A stretch of DNA of 64,000 bases, from contig JAFGDO010000012.1 of assembly GCA_016932045.1 (NCBI GenBank), positions 4,195 through 68,194 on the forward strand, given 5' to 3'. Both the position numbers and the translations under genes were made by a program. The notes under the pieces are model-generated. The model did not search any database, was not told the origin of the DNA, and was given only the letters and a program-made list of their open reading frames with translations. The first letter of the stretch is position 1. Each line of letters begins with the position of its first letter. Positions 28,484 through 38,451 of the stretch are shown one piece after another. This DNA comes from Candidatus Dojkabacteria bacterium (GTDB lineage: Bacteria; Patescibacteriota; Dojkabacteria; JAHIVN01).

Positions 28484-29464
28484 ATGGGGAGTATTCACAA
28501 ACCAGTTCTTTTAAAAGAAAGCATTGAACTTCTTGAAATAAATGATGGTGGAATATTCGTTGATTGTACTTTAGGAGGCGGAGGGCACACGTTAGCAGTA
28601 TACGAAAGGCTGAAGGGAAAAACGGGTAAGATCATCAGTTTTGATATTGATTTAGAAGCAATAAGCCGTTTTGAAGAGTATTTATTGAGAAGTAGCTGGA
28701 AAAGAGAAAATAGCACTTTCAGAAAGGGAAATATTGATATAACTCTTGTACATGATAACTTTGAAAAAATAGACAGTGTTTTAAAGGATTATGGGATAGA
28801 GAAGGTAAACGGAATAATAGCAGATCTAGGAGTTTCTTCTGATCAGCTTGAAGAGAAGAATCGAGGATTTAGTTATATGAAGGAGGGGCCTCTAGACATG
28901 AGGATGGACAAGGAACTGAATGTAAAGGCGGAGGACCTGGTAAATGGTTTATATGAAAAAGAATTAACAGAACTATTTATATCACAAGATGAAAGATACT
29001 CAAGGAGAATAGCAAAGGAAATAGTAAGAGAAAGGAACAAGTATCCCATAAAAACAACATCGCACCTTGTACAAATTATAAAAAAGTCCTTACCTAAACA
29101 AAAAGGTAGGGGGAAATTTTTCAATAAGGCAAAAACCCGCCAGTTGTTTCGGCAGGAAGGTCCTTATTGGATAAAGCCAGCAATGCGAGTGTTTCAAGCT
29201 CTCCGCATAGCAGTTAATTCTGAACTTAGTTCTCTGCGAAAAATGCTGCCCCAAGCTCTTGACTCACTCGCGGCTGGCTCAAACCTTGTAATCATTAGTT
29301 TTCATTCTGGAGAAGATAGAATAGTTAAAAGCTTTTTTAAGAAGCAGGAGGATCTTGGTAAGGTTATGATTCTAACTAAAAAGCCTGTTATACCAGGGGA
29401 AGAAGAGATCAGAAGGAACGAGAGAGCTAGAAGCGCAAAGCTTAGAGCGGGAAAGAAGATATAA
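28484..29464 (+). CDS. rsmH: 16S rRNA (cytosine1402-N4)-methyltransferase RsmH (MraW)
   Basis: VDCTLGGGGHT SAM-binding motif; 326 aa; position after mraZ. Confidence 0.9.
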   Translation: MGSIHKPVLLKESIELLEINDGGIFVDCTLGGGGHTLAVYERLKGKTGKIISFDIDLEAISRFEEYLLRSSWKRENSTFRKGNIDITLVHDNFEKIDSVLKDYGIEKVNGIIADLGVSSDQLEEKNRGFSYMKEGPLDMRMDKELNVKAEDLVNGLYEKELTELFISQDERYSRRIAKEIVRERNKYPIKTTSHLVQIIKKSLPKQKGRGKFFNKAKTRQLFRQEGPYWIKPAMRVFQALRIAVNSELSSLRKMLPQALDSLAAGSNLVIISFHSGEDRIVKSFFKKQEDLGKVMILTKKPVIPGEEEIRRNERARSAKLRAGKKI

Positions 29465-29576
29465 CTACATCGTTGTATAGCCGGATAGTTAGATAGCTGT
29501 TGGTTGAGACTGAGGGCTTGCGGATGATTGATAATTGTAGATTGAATATTAATTATTTGTAGATTATAAACTGCCT

Positions 29577-29897
29577 GTGAACCGATTGAATGAAGAGAAA
29601 AAAACAGTAGGATTCCGGCCAAGTATACTCATAGTTCTTGGCATAATTCTTGTTATAGCTATGGTAACTCAACTGGCATTTCTTTCAGTATTCGGAACAA
29701 GAGGTAAGGAAGTAGCTAAAATTCGAGAGGAGCAGAAGCGACTTATACTCGAGAATGAACTTCTGGAAGCTGAAATAAGCAAACAACAGTCACTAGTACG
29801 TATAAAAGACATTGCAACTGAGGAACTAGGTATGGTGAACGTTGTCGAAGTTGAGTACATAACTCCGCACGAGACTATAAGCTCTCAAAATCCATAA
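29577..29897 (+). CDS. ftsL: FtsL-like cell-division protein (single TM + coiled coil)
   Basis: 106 aa with TM ILIVLGIILVIAMVTQLAFL followed by a heptad-like coiled coil; positioned between rsmH and ftsI. Confidence 0.55.
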   Translation: MNRLNEEKKTVGFRPSILIVLGIILVIAMVTQLAFLSVFGTRGKEVAKIREEQKRLILENELLEAEISKQQSLVRIKDIATEELGMVNVVEVEYITPHETISSQNP

Positions 29898-30041
29898 GTT
29901 GTCTAGAAATTTCTAAATTCAAATATCAAACAAGTTCGAAAACCTATATTCGAATGAATATGTATCATTTATTCTTGTACATCAGAATTGTGCTTTGCTT
30001 TTTGCTATTGTATAGTATTAAGAATATTAAGGCGTAAACAG

Positions 30042-31805
30042 ATGAGTGGTCAGAAAATTTCATTTTGGAGGATAAGAATTATATACTTTTTCTTTGTCGT
30101 TGTTGTGTCAATAGTGACTTCGTTTTTATTCAGGTGGCAGATTCTTGAATATGACAGGTATCGTGTTTTAGCAAATCAGCGAGTAAAAGACTCTCAGCTT
30201 GCTTCCCTTAGAGGTTCAGTTCTTGCTTCAGATGGTTCACCCCTTGCTTACAGTGTCCCTGTATACGATGTTTATGCTTATTTGCCTGAGATTGAATATG
30301 CTGAAGATCTGCTTAGGCAGACAAGAAGTGAGTTCGTCAGGAAGGTTACTGAAATTTTGGTACTAAACGGAGAAGAACTAGAGGATAAGTTATCGACCGA
30401 CATTATGTACACGATAGTTGCAAGAGAGGTTTCTGTTGAACAAAAGGAAAGTTTAGAATCGCTTCTAACAGATAAGAATCCAGATAGAAAGTTGGAAGGG
30501 CTACATTTTGAACCTAGCGAAAAAAGAATTTATCCTGACAAAACACTAGCTAGTCATATCATAGGATTTGTAGGAAAAAATACTATTGGTGAGGATATCG
30601 GAAGAAACGGCATTGAGGGTTACTGGAATGGCGATCTTGCCTGGAAGAAAGGTTTCATCATAGAAGAAACCGACAGTTTTGGAAACCAGATACTTACTGG
30701 AAAGTATGAACCAATTTATCCCAAAGTTGGCAGAAGCGTACGTCTGACTATAGACAGGGGACTTCAGGAAATAATTGAGCGTAAGATTGAGGAAGGAGTA
30801 AAGGAGTGGGATGCAGTAAGCGGTACTATTATCATTCTTGATCCCCGAAGTGGTGCCATACTTGCTATTGCAAACTATCCAACTTATGATCCAAACGTTT
30901 ACTGGGAATTTGAGGACTTTAGTGTTTTTAAGAATAAAGCGGTAAGCGACCCTTATGAATTTGGGTCAGTCGGCAAGTGTTTTACTGCAGCAGCCGCAAT
31001 AGACTTGAAGAAAGTAAATCCAGATACAGTCATCTTTGATCACCATGAGGGTTGCGTTGATTTAATCGATGATAAACAGGTATGCACTTCTAATAAGAAG
31101 GCATCGGGACCGATGGATTTAACCGATGTTCTTGCATACAGTGACAATATTGGAGCTTATTTTACGGCAGAAAAAGTCGGGCCTGAGTATATGTATAGAT
31201 ATTTAAGAGAATTTGGAATCGGAAGCAAGACAAATGTTGGACTGTCTGAGGAATCTACAAGTTTTTTAAAATCTGCAAGAGACTGGAATATAGCTGACCT
31301 TGCAACCTACTCGTACGGTCAGGGTTATTCAGCGACGCCCCTTCAGATTGTATCGGCTGTTTCAGCTATTACAAATAAAGGTAAAAGAATGCAGCCATAT
31401 ATTGTTTCAAAGATTTATGATGATGAAAAGGTAATTGAGATAGAGCCGCAGGTTGCAAGTGAACCAATCAGTCGGGAAAGTGCTATAATCTTAAACGAAA
31501 TGTTGACAGAGGTTTTTGACAGGAATGGTTCAAAGTGGACATATAAGGAACTCTTGAACTATAAATTAGCTGGGAAAAGTGGAACGGCATCAGTGCTTGA
31601 CGAAACTGGTCTTTCTTATTCGCAAGACCAGGTTAATGTTACTTTTGTCGGATGGGACTCGTCAGATAATCCAAAATTTGTTATGCTTATTAAACTTCAG
31701 GAACCGACAGGAGCGCCTTTTTCTGTGCAGTCAGTGCAGCCGCTTTGGATGGAAACATTTTTTGAAATTAAAGATTTTGTTGGTGTTGTACCGATTGTGA
31801 AGTGA
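30042..31805 (+). CDS. ftsI: penicillin-binding protein 2 / FtsI-type D,D-transpeptidase (ORF also open from 29988)
   Basis: N-terminal TM; SxxK (GSVGK), SxN (YSDNIG) and KSG (AGKSGTAS) motifs. Confidence 0.85.
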   Translation: MSGQKISFWRIRIIYFFFVVVVSIVTSFLFRWQILEYDRYRVLANQRVKDSQLASLRGSVLASDGSPLAYSVPVYDVYAYLPEIEYAEDLLRQTRSEFVRKVTEILVLNGEELEDKLSTDIMYTIVAREVSVEQKESLESLLTDKNPDRKLEGLHFEPSEKRIYPDKTLASHIIGFVGKNTIGEDIGRNGIEGYWNGDLAWKKGFIIEETDSFGNQILTGKYEPIYPKVGRSVRLTIDRGLQEIIERKIEEGVKEWDAVSGTIIILDPRSGAILAIANYPTYDPNVYWEFEDFSVFKNKAVSDPYEFGSVGKCFTAAAAIDLKKVNPDTVIFDHHEGCVDLIDDKQVCTSNKKASGPMDLTDVLAYSDNIGAYFTAEKVGPEYMYRYLREFGIGSKTNVGLSEESTSFLKSARDWNIADLATYSYGQGYSATPLQIVSAVSAITNKGKRMQPYIVSKIYDDEKVIEIEPQVASEPISRESAIILNEMLTEVFDRNGSKWTYKELLNYKLAGKSGTASVLDETGLSYSQDQVNVTFVGWDSSDNPKFVMLIKLQEPTGAPFSVQSVQPLWMETFFEIKDFVGVVPIVK

Positions 31806-31917
31806 TATATATTTATCTCTTAATGCTAATTTAGAGCTTATATATAATGGTTAAAGTATTGCGTTCTAGATATGCGTCATATTAAAATAAGAGCCAATTA
31901 TATTATATGTATAGAAT

Positions 31918-33039
31918 ATGTTAACTCAAGAAGCAGGGATGGATTTAAGTGAATATCTTCAACAAACTTCAAGTGAAAATGGTGGATGGGCTGGAGGACT
32001 CGGAACAGCTTATATGTTTGGGATTGAAGTCTATGGCTATAAGAGCCTTGGGATGTCAAAAAAGGAAGCGTTAGTACTTGCTGGACAGACATTAAACATG
32101 CATATCATTCGATCACTCGAGAGTAGTGGGCTGAGAGATATTGATGAAATAAGACAAGCAGTATTGGCTTCAGGAGGAAGAGCTGTTATTTCTCAAATTG
32201 GTTTTGATTTGATCTCTGGAATATTTCATAATCCGAATTTGGATAATCCCTTTGACGGCACAGAGGGTCCGAGATTCCATTTGAGTGAAAGTTGTTATTT
32301 TACTGTCTTTGGAGGTCAATCCTATGAAGCTGTAATGATGGTAGCCGAAGAAAGTAGCTGGAGATGGCATTTCGGTAAAACAGTTGAAGCAGTTGTTGCG
32401 AAACAACCCAAGGTATTAATTGATTTATCAAGTGGAACAGGAGGACCCATAGCTGAGATAATTAGACAAGCAGGACCAGAAAGAGTAGTGCTTGGTGCTT
32501 ACACACTACCTGAAATGCTAATGACAGCGTTGAGAATGAATTACTTGTATGAGAACAGGGCTAAGTTTGGATTACCTGAAAACTTTGAATGGGAGATTTT
32601 TTTACTTGATTTTAATGATACTGCAGTAGGATGGGTTCAAATTCAAGGTTATCTTAGGAGTATTGGGATTCAAGACGCCAATTTAGAATTTATAATTACT
32701 GGAAATACAGCTAATTATAGAGCTTTAAAACATACGCTAAATTTTGGGAGAATGATTTGGATTGTTAGAAATTTGAGCTTTGTCTCCTTATCAGCTCCAC
32801 TAAATGCATTGCATGCTGATGGAAGAATAAGAGATACGGATATCACAAAGAGCAATTTGATAGAACTTGGATTAATTCCTATTGAACATAGTATAAATGC
32901 AGATGTACACTTCCTTCATCTAGGTATAAAAAGAGGTAAGGGTCAGAATGTAGTAATATCAGCATTTTCACAGCTTCAAACATTATCTAGTGTTGGTTTT
33001 GCTGATTTTGCTTCACGTCTTCAACAATTAGCTGTATAA
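31918..33039 (+). CDS. hypothetical protein with SAM-methyltransferase-like glycine motif
   Basis: VLIDLSSGTGGPIAEII resembles methyltransferase motif I; otherwise no recognisable domain. Confidence 0.4.
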   Translation: MLTQEAGMDLSEYLQQTSSENGGWAGGLGTAYMFGIEVYGYKSLGMSKKEALVLAGQTLNMHIIRSLESSGLRDIDEIRQAVLASGGRAVISQIGFDLISGIFHNPNLDNPFDGTEGPRFHLSESCYFTVFGGQSYEAVMMVAEESSWRWHFGKTVEAVVAKQPKVLIDLSSGTGGPIAEIIRQAGPERVVLGAYTLPEMLMTALRMNYLYENRAKFGLPENFEWEIFLLDFNDTAVGWVQIQGYLRSIGIQDANLEFIITGNTANYRALKHTLNFGRMIWIVRNLSFVSLSAPLNALHADGRIRDTDITKSNLIELGLIPIEHSINADVHFLHLGIKRGKGQNVVISAFSQLQTLSSVGFADFASRLQQLAV

Positions 33040-33065
33040 TTTCCAAATAATACATTTTCAGTGAT

Positions 33066-35405
33066 ATGAAGTTAAATACTTTCATTGAGCTTATTACAAT
33101 TTTTCTTAATCTCGTCTTTGCTGTATTCTTGATTGTTAAAGGCAAGAAAGTTGTTTCTAGCTATTTATTTGTTTTGCATATTCTACTAACAGCGATTTGG
33201 GCTTTTATATTATTTTTATATGATAATCCATTTTTTGGTAATCCAAGAGTCTGGGCTAACATGGTTTTTTCGGTCTCATTCCTTCAAATACCTTCACTAA
33301 TAATATTTTCTTCATATTTTCCCAAGAGGATTGCTAAACCACTAAAAGTGTTGCCGACACTTTTATTTACCTTACTTGTATTTTCATTAAATATCTATGG
33401 ATATTGGTTTACAGATTTATATATTAAAGAAGTTATAGTTCACGACACCTGGACAGAAGCAGTTATAACGCCGTATTTCTTCTATTATAATGCTTTAACT
33501 TATTCTTTAATAATGATAGTTTTCAGAAATTTTTATATTTCGTGGGTATCGTCAAGCGGAATAGAACGAATGCAAATAAAATACATTTTAATTGGTTTTG
33601 CTCTTCAATCTATACCTGCAACTTTAACTGCAATAATTCTTCCGATTTTTGGAATTACTAGATACTTCGGTATTAATGCTTCAAGTAGTTTATTATTTAT
33701 AGGTGCGGTTTTATACTCCATTGCTAAACACAGATTTTTAGGAATTAGGTTCCTAGTTGGTAAACTCTCATATTATATCATAATTTCTGCATTTGTTTAT
33801 ATAATTTATTACTCAGTTATTTTACTTCAAAGCCATTTATGGGGAGGAGTATTTACTTATACATCTCTTATTGCGGGTGTTTTTATAGCATTAGCTTTTA
33901 CTTTTCTTTATAAAGAGTTTGACTCTATACTAAATAAGTTTTTAAGCAAAAGATTAATATATACAGATTTCAGTCCTTATGATGTAATTGAGAAACTTAT
34001 TAAATCTACAAGCACAGAGCTGAAATTAAAGGAAATTGTACAATCAATTTTGTCAATTACTCAAAACACTTTGAATGTTGAAAGGGTAGGAATCGTAGTT
34101 TTTAACAACAAAAATGGCAATGATATACTGTTCAAAGAATTAAAATCGTTTGAACAAAACAATGAGGTTAATAAAAATAGACTTCACAACGTAATTGAAC
34201 TGTGGGAAAGACAGGAAAAAGAAGGTGAAAAATCGGAGATATTAGTTTTCCAAGAGCTTATTGCACGAAAACGAGGAATGTATAATACCTATCAACCATA
34301 TGATCAAATAATTAAATTTATGAGAAAAGAGAAACTTGCGATTATTCTTCCTTTGAATAGAAAAGTACAGTTAAATGGGATGCTTCTGGTAGGTCATAAA
34401 GAAGAAGAGGAAGCATTTACAATAGAAGAAATAAATCTTTTAGAAAATATTATTGGGAACGCTTCGGTGGCAGTAGGAAGATCTTTGCTTTATGAGGAGG
34501 TACAAAGATTTGCAGATACCTTAAAGGGTAGAGTTAATGAAGCAACAAAAGAGCTAAGAGAAAAGATTCAGGCTCTTAAAGATGCAAGACGAAGAGAGCG
34601 CGATATGATAGATATACTCGGACACGAACTTCGCACCCCAATGAGTATAATTAAAAGCGGCTTTGAGTACATTGCTATGTTATGCGGGCCTAACCATACT
34701 CAGATGAATGAGAATGACCGAAGAAAAAAAATTCTCCAATACATAGAGGTGATAAACAAGAATGTCGAAAGAGAAGTAAATCTGATAGACTCGCTACTTG
34801 GAGCTACTAAAATTGATAGGGGTCAGTTGAAGCTTTCTAGAGACAAAGTCAATATGCTTGATGTAGTAGGGGACTCACTCCTTGCTGAGGGCGGAGATGC
34901 AAATAAAAAAGGACTCTACATAAAATTTAGTAGCCCGGAAGATTGGAAAGATTTTCCTTGTGCCTTTGCAGATAGAGAAAGAATTCAGGAGGTTATGGAT
35001 AATCTGCTTAATAATGCAGTAAAATATACTGATAAAGGAGGAATTACAATCGAAGTCGAACATAACGAAGAATTTATAACTGTTCATATACAAGATACAG
35101 GAGTAGGGATATCCCCCAAGGATATCCAAAATCTGGGTAGAAAGTTTTTCAGAGCAAAACAATATACAGAAGGTTCGGAAAAGCGGGCAATGAAGATGGT
35201 ACGTGCGGGAGGAACCGGTCTTGGACTGTACTTTACGTTTAAAATAGTTAAGATGCATGGAGGAAAGATCTGGGTAGATAGTGTGATGAACAAGGGGTCT
35301 ACATTTCATTTCTCAATACCTATTTATAAAGGGCAAAGAATCGAAAAGATCGATCTAAAAGATGGCTCAGTTGATGTGTTTAAAAGAATGGGGTATAGAA
35401 AGTAA
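33066..35405 (+). CDS. sensor histidine kinase with polytopic N-terminal membrane domain
   Basis: About 7 TM helices; H-box ILGHELRTPM; N-box LLNNAVKYT; G1 IQDTGVGI; G2 GGTGLGLY. Confidence 0.8.
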   Translation: MKLNTFIELITIFLNLVFAVFLIVKGKKVVSSYLFVLHILLTAIWAFILFLYDNPFFGNPRVWANMVFSVSFLQIPSLIIFSSYFPKRIAKPLKVLPTLLFTLLVFSLNIYGYWFTDLYIKEVIVHDTWTEAVITPYFFYYNALTYSLIMIVFRNFYISWVSSSGIERMQIKYILIGFALQSIPATLTAIILPIFGITRYFGINASSSLLFIGAVLYSIAKHRFLGIRFLVGKLSYYIIISAFVYIIYYSVILLQSHLWGGVFTYTSLIAGVFIALAFTFLYKEFDSILNKFLSKRLIYTDFSPYDVIEKLIKSTSTELKLKEIVQSILSITQNTLNVERVGIVVFNNKNGNDILFKELKSFEQNNEVNKNRLHNVIELWERQEKEGEKSEILVFQELIARKRGMYNTYQPYDQIIKFMRKEKLAIILPLNRKVQLNGMLLVGHKEEEEAFTIEEINLLENIIGNASVAVGRSLLYEEVQRFADTLKGRVNEATKELREKIQALKDARRRERDMIDILGHELRTPMSIIKSGFEYIAMLCGPNHTQMNENDRRKKILQYIEVINKNVEREVNLIDSLLGATKIDRGQLKLSRDKVNMLDVVGDSLLAEGGDANKKGLYIKFSSPEDWKDFPCAFADRERIQEVMDNLLNNAVKYTDKGGITIEVEHNEEFITVHIQDTGVGISPKDIQNLGRKFFRAKQYTEGSEKRAMKMVRAGGTGLGLYFTFKIVKMHGGKIWVDSVMNKGSTFHFSIPIYKGQRIEKIDLKDGSVDVFKRMGYRK

Positions 35406-35566
35406 ACCGTGGCTGGATATGTAGGTTTCTAAATTGTGTGATTTCTTCCCTGTTTTAGCGTTTATGTAGTAAGTAAGAGATACGTATAGTTAATAGTTAT
35501 ATAGCAATGTTGTTGGACTGTTATATTGCTGAGTAAATATTATCTTATATATTTTAATTTGAGGTT

Positions 35567-36847
35567 ATGACTTCATACAAAATTGAAGGGGGTGTACCCT
35601 TGAAGGGCGAGATTACTCCTGTTCCGAATAAAAATTCAATTCTAAAAATTATTCCTGCTTGTATCCTTGCTGAAAAGCCTGTAACTCTCCATAATGTACC
35701 TAAAAGTACTGCTGTAAGGATAATGCTTAGAATATTTAGGAAATTAGGAGGGAAAGTAGCTTATTTAAAGGGGAGTACTATAAGATTAAATGCTCAGAAC
35801 ATAAAAAGCTATGTAATTGACGAGGATCTGGCAAATAAGGAAAGAACAAGTCTAATGTTTTCCGGTCCTCTGCTTGCTAAGTTTAAAAGAGCGGAAATTG
35901 GTGGATCCGGAGGATGTAAACTGGGTAATAGACCTCTTGATACAATGTTTCAGGGACTTTCTGCTCTTGGTGTTGTGATTGATAAAGAGAAAGGCTATAA
36001 AATGTCAACAAAAGGTCTAAAGGGTAGAGAGGATATTTGGCTAATTGAAGCGTCTGTCACTGGGACAGAGAATTTGATAATCGCAGCAGTAAAGGCAGAG
36101 GGACGAACGATCATTTACAATGCAGCATGTGAACCCCATACTCAGGATCTATGCAATTTCCTTGTATCTCTGGGTGCAAAAATTCAGGGTATTGGGTCAA
36201 ATAAGCTGATAATAGATGGTGTTGGAAGTCTTGGTGGAGGAGAATGGACTATTATAAATGATCATATAGATATAGGTGGTCTTATTGTAGCCTCAGTAAT
36301 AACAAATGGCGAGCTCCTTATAAAAAATGCTATACCAGAACATATGACTCAAATATTGAATTACTTCGGTAAAATTAACGTAAAAGTTGATATCCGAGGA
36401 GATGATATCTTTGTACCTTCCGGACAAAACTTATTCTGCAAAAAGAATTTCAAAGGCAATATTGATAAGATCATGGATCAGCCATGGCCAGGCTATCCTG
36501 TCGACCTTATACCACAGGCAATTGTACTTGCTTCTTACGCAAAAGGAAACATCAATATCTATGGTGTCATGTACGAAACTCAGCTTTTATTTGTAAATGA
36601 GCTTCTGAAAATGAGAGCTGAGCTTGTTCTTTCCAGTATGCATCAGGTTGTAAGTTCAGGTCCAAGTGAGCTTACAGGTGCAACAGTAGATGCCCCGGAT
36701 ATTCTTCAGTGTGGTCACGCACTTGTACTAGCCGGCCTTGCAGCAAAAGGAACAACAATTATCAGAAATGCTGATATGGTATCAAGGAGATATCCTAATC
36801 TTGTTAAACGATTCAGAAAACTAGGTGCGAGGATTGAAAAGGTATAG
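35567..36847 (+). CDS. murA: UDP-N-acetylglucosamine 1-carboxyvinyltransferase
   Basis: EPSP-synthase fold length (426 aa); the catalytic Cys lies in GGCKLGNRPLD. Confidence 0.85.
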   Translation: MTSYKIEGGVPLKGEITPVPNKNSILKIIPACILAEKPVTLHNVPKSTAVRIMLRIFRKLGGKVAYLKGSTIRLNAQNIKSYVIDEDLANKERTSLMFSGPLLAKFKRAEIGGSGGCKLGNRPLDTMFQGLSALGVVIDKEKGYKMSTKGLKGREDIWLIEASVTGTENLIIAAVKAEGRTIIYNAACEPHTQDLCNFLVSLGAKIQGIGSNKLIIDGVGSLGGGEWTIINDHIDIGGLIVASVITNGELLIKNAIPEHMTQILNYFGKINVKVDIRGDDIFVPSGQNLFCKKNFKGNIDKIMDQPWPGYPVDLIPQAIVLASYAKGNINIYGVMYETQLLFVNELLKMRAELVLSSMHQVVSSGPSELTGATVDAPDILQCGHALVLAGLAAKGTTIIRNADMVSRRYPNLVKRFRKLGARIEKV

Positions 36848-37043
36848 TATAAACAAATGGTAGTTATTGGATTGTAGATTTAAATTCTGATCTGAAGTCC
36901 AATGTGGTTACAAGCTTGAGCTTGGAACCAAAATGTTGAATTCTTTACTTATTGAGAACTGGTCACATTTCCCCCCAGAGGATATAATTACTAGATTCAT
37001 TTACTGCACAGAAAACTAAAAAATCAGTTATTAATAACAAAAA

Positions 37044-37829
37044 ATGAGGAGCTTTTTAAGAAAAACATTAAGAAATATATTAGGGTATCTCAGCATACGT
37101 ACTATTAAAAAACATAGTGCTGAAGTGATTTTGATCTCAGGCTGGGCTGGATCAAGCATTGTTAGGGAAATGACTTATCACATGCTTAGTGAAGATTTCC
37201 ATCTCCGCCGCAATGTAAGCGGTATTTGGTGGGATTTATCAGTACCGCTCAATATTCTCGGGTATGAAGACAAGAGAAGATCCATTTTGGGCTGGTCTAT
37301 ATTAATTCTGAGGGCCTTTCTAAGCCTGCTTTTTAAACAGTCTTATCAGCACAAGATAATCCTCAATCTTGATACGTCTATAGAAGACATTGCAGAATTT
37401 TGGTCGAAGTATGTAAATCCTCATATTTTAGTTATCCTGCGTGAGAAGCCGAATAGTAAATTAATAAAGATTCTTCGGAAACGTGAAGGAAGAGAAAAAA
37501 TTCTATATGTATATAATCCAGAGTTTTTTAAAGGTTTTGGGAAGAAGACAATCCGTGAATTTAAATATGCAAAAGGGAATGCAGATTTAGTATATAAGAA
37601 GAAAGCGGGAGCACTTGAAATAATTTACAAAAAAGAAAAGATAGAAGTTAGAATCCCGAAAGCGTATAAATTTATTCAAGAATTTATTCCTGCGGCTTTT
37701 TCTATAGGGATTCTTGAAGGTATAAGCATTGAAAACCTAGCAAGGAACTTCTCTTCTTTTGAATTCCATCCAAAACAACTGCAAAGAGGGATTTCAAAAT
37801 TAAAAAGATTTGTTCATACTCATGAATAG
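37044..37829 (+). CDS. degenerate Mur-ligase (MurF-like) fragment lacking Walker-A lysine
   Basis: VILISGWAGSSIVREMTYHML aligns to the Mur ligase P-loop (VIGVTGSNGKTTTKEM), with GKTT replaced by GSSI. Only 261 aa, against about 450 aa for MurF. Confidence 0.4.
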   Translation: MRSFLRKTLRNILGYLSIRTIKKHSAEVILISGWAGSSIVREMTYHMLSEDFHLRRNVSGIWWDLSVPLNILGYEDKRRSILGWSILILRAFLSLLFKQSYQHKIILNLDTSIEDIAEFWSKYVNPHILVILREKPNSKLIKILRKREGREKILYVYNPEFFKGFGKKTIREFKYAKGNADLVYKKKAGALEIIYKKEKIEVRIPKAYKFIQEFIPAAFSIGILEGISIENLARNFSSFEFHPKQLQRGISKLKRFVHTHE

Positions 37830-38397
37830 CAAAGACACAAAAGAAAAAGAATTAATCAGCTTAATAAAGAAAGACAAAAAAGCTTTTGAAAAAGTATATT
37901 CTCTATACTACAAAAAAGTTCTAAATTATATCAGAAGTAGGGTAAACGAGAAGTCGGTGGCTGAAGATCTTGCTAGTGAAGTTTTCGAAAAGGCATTTAA
38001 AGCAATAGAAGATTTTAAATGGCAGGGAATCAGTTTATCGGCATGGATATTTAGGATTGCAAGAAACCTCTTAACAGATTATTATAGAAAGGTAGGCAGA
38101 GTCGGGGAAACAGTTTCGTTAAGTGAGATTGAAGATTTATTTGAAGACCCAGGGGCTAAAGTTTATCTTGATTTTATAAAGGGTGAGGAAGAGATTGCTC
38201 TTTATGATGCTATACGAGAATTTCCAGAGAAGGATCAGTATCTTATTTACTATAAATTTTTTGAGGGTTTTTCTAACAAGGAAATAGCAAAAATTACTGG
38301 ACTTGCAGAATCCAATGTCGGAACAAGGCTTTATAGGATTAGGGGAAAGTTACGCCAAATTTTAAAGAAAAGCGGTTTTGAGGTGAATAGTAGGTAG
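37810..38397 (+). CDS. RNA polymerase sigma-70 family factor (ECF/small sigma)
   Basis: Region 2 (YYKKVLNYIRSRV...DLASEVFEKAF) and region 4 helix-turn-helix (FSNKEIAKITGLAESNVGTRLYRIRGKL). An alternative start at 37822 overlaps the upstream stop (ATGAATAG). Confidence 0.75.
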   Translation: MFILMNSKDTKEKELISLIKKDKKAFEKVYSLYYKKVLNYIRSRVNEKSVAEDLASEVFEKAFKAIEDFKWQGISLSAWIFRIARNLLTDYYRKVGRVGETVSLSEIEDLFEDPGAKVYLDFIKGEEEIALYDAIREFPEKDQYLIYYKFFEGFSNKEIAKITGLAESNVGTRLYRIRGKLRQILKKSGFEVNSR

Positions 38398-38451
38398 TAA
38401 TTCATGTATAAAGAATAGTAAGTAGTATGTCTTAAATAATTATATAAAAAA

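Noticed and set aside
949-38400. TAG stops followed immediately by a second stop (949 TAG-TGA; 38395 TAG-TAA; 17115 TAG then TGA two codons later)
   Set aside because: Three of six TAG-terminated genes have a backup stop. The sample is too small to claim leaky TAG termination; noted only.
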